Source of the DNA: Macrostomum lignano
Taxonomy: Eukaryota
Assembly: GCA_002269645.1 (NCBI GenBank)
Contig: NIVC01001058.1
Location: forward strand, 1-64,000
Direction: 5' to 3'
DNA length: 64,000 nucleotides
The notes below the pieces were generated by a model. The model was given only the letters and a program-made list of their open reading frames with translations, ran no database searches and was not told the DNA's origin. Positions 57,345 through 64,000 of the stretch are shown here, piece by piece; the first letter of the stretch is position 1; every line of letters starts with the position of its first letter. Position numbers and translations under genes: made by a program.

Positions 57345-60300
57345 ATGATACAGCTTAGTAACCAGACTACAGAGGGAGGAGTGTGTCTGCTCACTGCTGT
57401 GCAGGACTCACTGCGCAGGGCTGGCTGCAGTAATGGCTCAATCAGCGGCCCAAGCACCTCCCGAGTTCGAAACCCGCTGATTGGCCACCTGCTAGAGCAG
57501 CGGCTAGAGTTTGTTCCATCGCCTGGCAACTGGGATGCTAAGGTGCTTGAGAAACTAAAACAGCTTGGCGCTACAATACTGACTACTGCAGCTGTTCCTG
57601 CTGTGCCGCCTGCTCAACTACTGAGCAGCAAAGATTGCCAGGCTGTTAGCGAGGCTCCTAAGAAGCTAGCACAGCCAGTGCAGAAGTCGGACGCCAAGAA
57701 GCCGCAGTTCAGTTTTGCTTCTGTGCAGCTCGACCGGCCCTACCATGGCCAGCCCTGCGGATTCGCCAACGAGGGCAACTATTGCTACATGATCTCAGTG
57801 CTGCAGGCGCTCATTCACACCGCTCCGTTTGTCAACTTTGCCTGCGAGCACCGGACCGTATCGGCCTGTCGTCAGGTGGACAATCGCGGCCTGTTTAACC
57901 AGCATGGGCAACGGCAACATCCGGGACACCAGCAGCGGCAGCATCAGCCAGCTCGCTGGTGCGCAGTCTGCGAGCTGGCCGCCTATGCCCAGCGACCAAG
58001 TGGCAGCGGCGCCGTCTATCCTCGCGCATTCATGGCCAGAGTGACCACCGTGTCGCCAACTTTGCGCCCAAATCGGCAAGAGGACGCGCACGAATTCATG
58101 CGCTGCCTGCTAGACTATATGGAGCGCAATTGCGGCGGGGATAAGCGCCGATCAGCCGGCTCGCCAGCTGGTCCGATCCGGGTGCTGTTTGGCGGCCGGC
58201 TGAAGTCCTCGGTGCTGTGCACCAGGTGCGGCACAGAGTCGCGCACATTTGAAGACTTCATGGACCTCAGCCTGTGCATCCAGTACAGCTCCAGCCTGGC
58301 TGACTGTCTGCGCAAATTCGTGTCCCCGGATCTGCTCAAAGATTCCAACGCTTATAAATGCGAGAAATGCCGGACTAAAGTGACCGCTAAGAAAAGTTTC
58401 AGCATTGCGTCTGGCCCGCCAATATTAACAGTGCAGCTGAACCGATTCCAGTGGGGCCATAGCAACAAGATCAGCCGGTTCGTGCAGTTCCCCCTCAGCA
58501 TCGATCTCAGGCCGTACATGTCCAAGCCTGGCCGCCCTGTGCACTACGAACTTTACGCGTTGGTTATTCACCAGGGCTCCAGCACCAAGTTCGGGCATTA
58601 TTATTGTTACGCTAAACGCGGCAACGCCTGGTGGTCGTTAAATGATTCCTGCGTCGATCGAATCAACGAGTCGCGTGTACTGCAGTCTTGCCCCTATATT
58701 CTGCTGTACAAACGGACCGATTTGAGTCCCCTGATTGAGTCGTCCACCGTTGCTTCCGCTGCGGCTTCCAGTAACCTGTCTGTTGGAGACGCTAATTCTC
58801 TATCCTCGCCGGTTGCCATGGCGACTGGCGGCGTTACTAAAAGCCAATCGCTTGTCAAGCCAAAACTGGAATCTGCCAACTCGGTTGCTATGGCAACAGG
58901 AAATGATTCATTTTCTCCAAAGCGCGCCAAGTACGATCTCACACCCTCCAACTCGGTTGCCATGGTAACCGGCAACGGTCCTTCAGGTCTGTCACAGACG
59001 AAGAAACATCAGACATCTAGCTTGGTTGCCATGGTAACCGGTAACGGTCCTGTAGGCCTGTCGCAGGCTAAGCACAAGCAGGCGCCCTCCAACTCGGTTG
59101 CCATGGTAACTGGCAATGGTCCTGTAGGCCTGTCGCAGGCTAAGCACAAGCAGGCGCCTCTAACTCGCTTGCCATGGTAACTGGCAATGGTCCTGTAGGC
59201 CTGTCGCAGGCTAAGCACAAGCAGGCGCCCTCAAATTCGGTTGCCATGGTAACCGGTAACGGTCCACAAAGCTTGTCGAGTACTATGTCGCAACCAAAAC
59301 TTAGTAACGGGCCTCAAAGCCAAGCGCATGCCAAACCCAGATCAGGATCTGCCAATGCGGTTGCCATGGTAACAGGCAACGGTCCGCTATCCCCAGGGCA
59401 TACCAAACCAAAACCTACATCTGCTGCTGAGACAACCGTCAACGGGCCGCTAAGCCTATCCAGCTCTAAGCCACAACCGATTCAGCAACTAGCTCACGGC
59501 ACCAAAGTTGCCATGGCAGCAGCAGCAGCCGGCTGTCAGCAGATGCGAAACAAGCCTAACAAAGAGCTGCGCCAATTGATGTCTGCCAGTCCGCGGCGCC
59601 CCGACCCGCTTCCGTGGAGCGCTAATTCCTCGCCACAGAAATCGGAGTCTCTGATTCCCAATGGTGTGTCCATTAACGGCAGGAAGCGGAAAGTCAGTGA
59701 CAGTCAATCTTCGGCCAGTTCGTCCCTGTGCGATCAGGTTTGTCTGTTTATTTATTATTGGTAGACAAACAAACACTATTATAGCGTTATAGGAAATGTT
59801 TGTATATGCTGGAAATAGAATATACCGATAGAAATATGCCTTACCCACTTACTCAGTGAATTAGCTATCCGCGACCAACTTTGCTTTACCTTTGCATAAA
59901 TGCCGTCGGTGATAACCCACTGGGCTAAGCAACCCCAATATATTGCCAATTACTATTAGTAGGAATGAAAAAAATGGACATTATGGAGGATTGGGAAATG
60001 TATTTAAAAATATTTCTAGGCTGGTATATATTTTTTTCTCCATGGAATATTACTAATGGCGAGATCTACTTACAGTACGGTTTGATCAAAGTTATTGTGG
60101 GGTTTTTTTAGCTATAGGTTTACTGTTGATTAGTAGCATATAATGTAAAAATTATAATTCAGAAATGTGATAAAAAATTCTCTTTGCAGCTGTCCGCCCA
60201 AAACCAATCTGAGCTGGACAACAAAAAGCGAAAGAAAAAAGAAGCCAAACGCAAGCTCAAACTGTTGAAGCTGCAGCAGAGCTCTGGCAGTGCTGCCAGT

Positions 60301-60369
60301 CTTGTGAATGGAATCGATTCAGTGGTGTGCAACGGCACGTCGACTGAGTGTTTTTGTTTGCTTCAATAG
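57345..60369 (+). CDS. USP36: Ubiquitin-specific protease of the USP36/USP42 group; large exon 57345-59737 (apparent -1 frameshift near 59158), next exon from 60190; 3' end uncertain
   Basis: Cys box GFANEGNYCYMISVLQAL; QEDAHEF; FGGRLKSSVLC..C; His box LVIHQGSSTKFGHYYCY; LNDS; YILLY; N-terminal LLEQRLEFVP resembles USP36; basic KKRKKKEAKRK stretch in the downstream exon. Confidence 0.85.
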
Positions 60370-60484
60370 TTTTCACATCTTGGACAATTATTTATTTTCA
60401 TTTGAACATACTCGTCTTCCTTGATTGCAAAACATCAATTAATAAACACTAATTAATACAGCAATGATCTAGACAAATTCTGTT

Positions 60485-60900
60485 CACTCTCCGGCTGCCT
60501 CCAGCCAGCCGAACCCCCACCCCACTCCCAATGTACACTGCCTCCAGCCAGCCGAACCCCCACCCCACTCCTAATGTACACTGCCTCCAGCCAGCCGAAC
60601 CCCCACCCCACTCCCAATGTACACTGCCTCCAGCCAGCCGAACCCCACTTCACTCCCAATGTACACTGCCTCCAGCCAGCCGAACCCCCACTTCACTCCC
60701 AATGTACACTGCCTCCAGCCAGCCGAACCCCCACTTCACTCCCAATGTACACTGCCTCCAGCCAGCCGAACCCCCACTTCACTCCCAATGTACACTGCCT
60801 CCAGCCATGGCCGAACCCCAACCCCACTCCCAATGTACACTGCCTCCAACCATGGCCGAACCCCAACCCCACTCCCAATGTACACTGCTTCCAGTCAGCC
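60485..60900. repeat. 43 bp minisatellite (CCAGCCAGCCGAACCCCCACTTCACTCCCAATGTACACTGCCT)
   Basis: Direct; about 9 copies. Confidence 0.96.
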
Positions 60901-61984
60901 AAGTCCTGACCAATTCTAAATTTTGATTTTGTTTAAGCAACAAATTAATAAAGTTAGGCAATTTTTTCATGTGCCTTTTACGCGCTATCAAAAAGACAAT
61001 AAAATTACTCGGAATAAGGACATCAATATTGTACCTAATACTTGTTACAATTGATTCTTTGCCTAAATAATCACTCATTATGTAATATAGTAATCGATTT
61101 TTAATAACTGACTTCTTAATGGTTCATTTTGCTTGATCATATGTCACACATGGCAGTCATTGAAAGCTTTATTTTTTGTCTGGTAATTTGGATCTACAAT
61201 GTTTTTATAACTCCATAGTCATTTACTGTTTATAAATGAAAAGAAATTACAGGACTGTCACTAATTCTATCCCCGATCAGGTGTCAAGCAGTTTACCTGT
61301 CAAGCAGACCTATATTTTCCTAAATTGTAAAAAAAACCATTTTAACTTATTTTTCCTATTATTCTTGAAGTTTAAAGTTTTAAAGGTTGCTGCCAAAGTG
61401 TTCTGTTGTATTGCAATTTTTTTAACAACTGTGCATAACTTAAGCTTTTGAGCAGTAAATGAATTATTTTAAATAAAAATTGACATCATAATTTTATTTA
61501 AAATGGCTTAGATTTAAAGCAGTTTCAAATAATTTCGATTCATATAAATATTTTTATCATAGTCAGTGTTAAAATTTAATGGTAGAAGTAGTTCTGGCTA
61601 TCATAATAATTTTCTCTTCTCCTTTCTAACTAATTTGGTGCGTGGACCTCACAAAATGCTGATGGGGTTTTTGACACCTTTTCCTGCTTGATTGCTTGGT
61701 TTAAGGTTTTTTGTCTGTTATCTTTTATATAGCAGCTCCTAGCTAATTTCACGCGTTGCTGCTTCATGTTAGTGCTTTTTGCATTTGTTTTGCCAAAATT
61801 ATAATTCATTTATCCGCTTCGAGTTTGCTGGCAGACTGCCGGACGGCGTTCATTGAACTTTTTGGTGTATATTTTGGAGGAATAAAAATTGTTAACCTAC
61901 TGAGCCTGAGCTCAGTCTGAAGAAATTTGAGCTTTTGTTCTTTGCATTGGCTTTTTGTTTGATTCTCAAGTCCATATGAAGCAA

Positions 61985-62392
61985 TTAATGATTGTCAGTG
62001 TCTATCTGTAGTAGCTGAGTGATTGTCAGTGTCTATCTGCAGTAGCTGAGTGATTGCCAATGTCTATCTGCGGTGGCTGGGGGATTGTCAGTGTCTATCT
62101 GCGGTTGCTGAGTGATTGTCAGTGTCTATCTGCAGTAGCTGAGTGATTGCCAATGTCTATCTGCGGTGGCTGGGGGATTGTCAGTGTTTATCTGCGGTTG
62201 CTGAGTGATTGCCAGTGTCTATCTGCGGTGGCTGGGGGATGCTAGTAGGAATCTGCGGTAGCTGAGTGACGCCAGTAGGAATCTGCGGTAGCTGAGTGAC
62301 GCCAGTAGGAATCTGCGGTAGCTGAGTGACGCCAGTAGGAATCTGCGGTAGCTGAGTGACGCCAGTAGGAATCTGCGGTAGCTGAGTGGCAG
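61985..62392. repeat. Two adjacent related 30-31 bp minisatellites (GATTGTCAGTGTCTATCTGCGGTGGCTGGGG; GCCAGTAGGAATCTGCGGTAGCTGAGTGAC)
   Basis: Direct; shared ATCTGCGGT.GCTG core. Confidence 0.92.
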
Positions 62393-62500
62393 ACAGCTAT
62401 TCGCATTTGCAGTTTTCAATTCACAATGCTGGCTAATTCAAAAAGCCGCTCCGCTCGGCACCGCAGGTTGTGACGCAGCCCAATTGTCATTTTCTGCCTC

Positions 62501-63507
62501 ATGTGGCCGACTGCCAAAGAGTTGCGATCGCTTTGCGACAACAGCCCAAGGGCGCACAGGGAATTGCGATCTCTTTATGAGCGCCTGTGGAGCGGTGTGC
62601 TCGGGTTGGAACTGCGCCAGGTCATCGATCCCGTGCTGGACTACAAAGACTACGCTATGACTGTGAGAAGCTATTGCCATGCAAGCGTTTAAATCTCGTG
62701 TGTAGTAAGTCTTTGTTCTCGTCATGGGCTCAGACAGTCACTTCAGTAAGTCTTTATTCTCGTCATGGGCTCAGGCAGTCTCTTCAGTAGGTCTTTATTC
62801 TCGTCATGGGCTCAGCCAGTCTCTTCAGTAGGTCTTTATTCTCGTCATGGGCTTAGACAGTCTCTTCAGTAGGTCTTTATTCTCGTCATGGGCTTAGACA
62901 GTCTCTTCAGTAGGTCTTTATTCTCGTCATGGGCTCGGGCAGTCACTTCAGCAGGTCTTTGTTCTCTTTATCGGGAAGTATAACTATTGTTTCTGGTTTG
63001 CGGTCTCTAGTCTTGAAAAATTTTAGTCACTCTTCAATTAGTCTTTGTTCCAGCCAGCATATTAGGCAGACTTTTTAAGAGGCCGCTTCCCTAAAAACTG
63101 ACCGCCCGAATCCTTGTGCAGATAGTCAGCCTGGCCTGGATGAGCCCGACGCGCCTCTGCGTTTCGGCCAATTCGCGGCAGATTTTCTCCGGCAAGTAAC
63201 GGACACCCTGGCCGAATCTCAGCTGCCACTCTTGGCCGGCCAGTCCGTCGAGCTGGACAATTACCAGCGCTATCGAAATTGCCTGTTGGAACGATTCGAA
63301 AAATCGCCAATGGATTTCGCGCTGCTAATGCGAGACTGCCTGATTAGAGAGCAGTGCATCTTTCAGCAGTTCAGCTCGACTGACCAGCCGCTGCCGGCAG
63401 ACGACGACTGCGGCCCGCCGGCTAGCAAGCAGATCAGGCTGCAGTCCGACGCCCGTAGGGACAACATCGCGCTGAAGATGCTGCTGGAGACCGGCATCGA
63501 CTCTGAG
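62501..63507 (+). CDS. STAT: STAT-like transcription factor, N-terminal interaction domain; exons 62501-62662 and ~63130-63507; gene continues beyond the window
   Basis: RELRSLYERLWSGVLGLELRQVIDPVLDYKDY parallels STAT QLHQLY..FPMELRQFLAPWIESQDW; LLERFEKSPMDFALLMRDCLIREQCIFQQ parallels [28 protein letters not shown]; recognised by eye only. Confidence 0.62.
62700..62962. repeat. 41 bp minisatellite in the STAT-like intron 1 (GTAGGTCTTTATTCTCGTCATGGGCTCAGACAGTCTCTTCA)
   Basis: Direct; about 6 copies. Confidence 0.93.
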
Positions 63508-63578
63508 GTGCGTGTGAGATTCGATCTGTTGGAGCTTCAGCTTTTACTTGCGGCTCTTGTGATAATTAACTCGCTAAT

Positions 63579-63706
<128 letters not shown>

Positions 63707-64000
63707 TGAGATAGCTGCTCTCTTGCTAACTCTACTTACAAGTGAGTAGCCATAGTATTTATTTATTACCTATGGCAGATGTCAGCGAACTCCGGCCTTC
63801 AGGCTGCATGCGGCCCGAAGTCTCTAACTGGCCCTCTGGTCCTTTGAAACTTCACAAAAGCACTCTGGCTCTTCAAGGCTTAATATTTCTTCCCAGTTTC
63901 TTCTCTTCTCTAAACTCTTCTTTCTTTTCTCCCTCCCCTCTCCCTACTCTCCTCTTCTCTCTTGTCTTTTCTCCTTTCCACTTCTCATCGGGCCCGCAGA

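Overview
Eukaryotic (metazoan) genomic DNA with GT-AG introns and a very high load of minisatellites. The gene style and repeat load resemble the flatworm Macrostomum lignano, which is an inference rather than a database result. Manually spliced gene models: PGRMC/MAPR (+, 12497-17262, 3 exons), myosin regulatory light chain (-, 21639-22813, 5 exons), calnexin (-, 26238-29403, 3 exons), SRP54 (+, 32833-38284, 5 exons), a secreted TSP1-domain trypsin-like protease (-, 45779-47696, 2 exons), a USP36/42-type deubiquitinase (+, from 57345, with one apparent frameshift) and the 5' part of a STAT-like gene (+, from 62501). There is also an orphan membrane-protein ORF. Mobile DNA: a Penelope-like GIY-YIG fragment, a decayed mariner interleaved with an inverted pair of ~1.4 kb promoter-bearing repeats, and a hAT-type MITE. 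About 25 distinct tandem arrays are present, and most long ORFs in the supplied track are artefacts of them. Most notable observations: two independent arrays of RFX X-box motifs (a non-coding one 3' of SRP54 and one encoding a peptide repeat in the USP gene), a different minisatellite in nearly every large intron, and arrays built from splice-site motifs.
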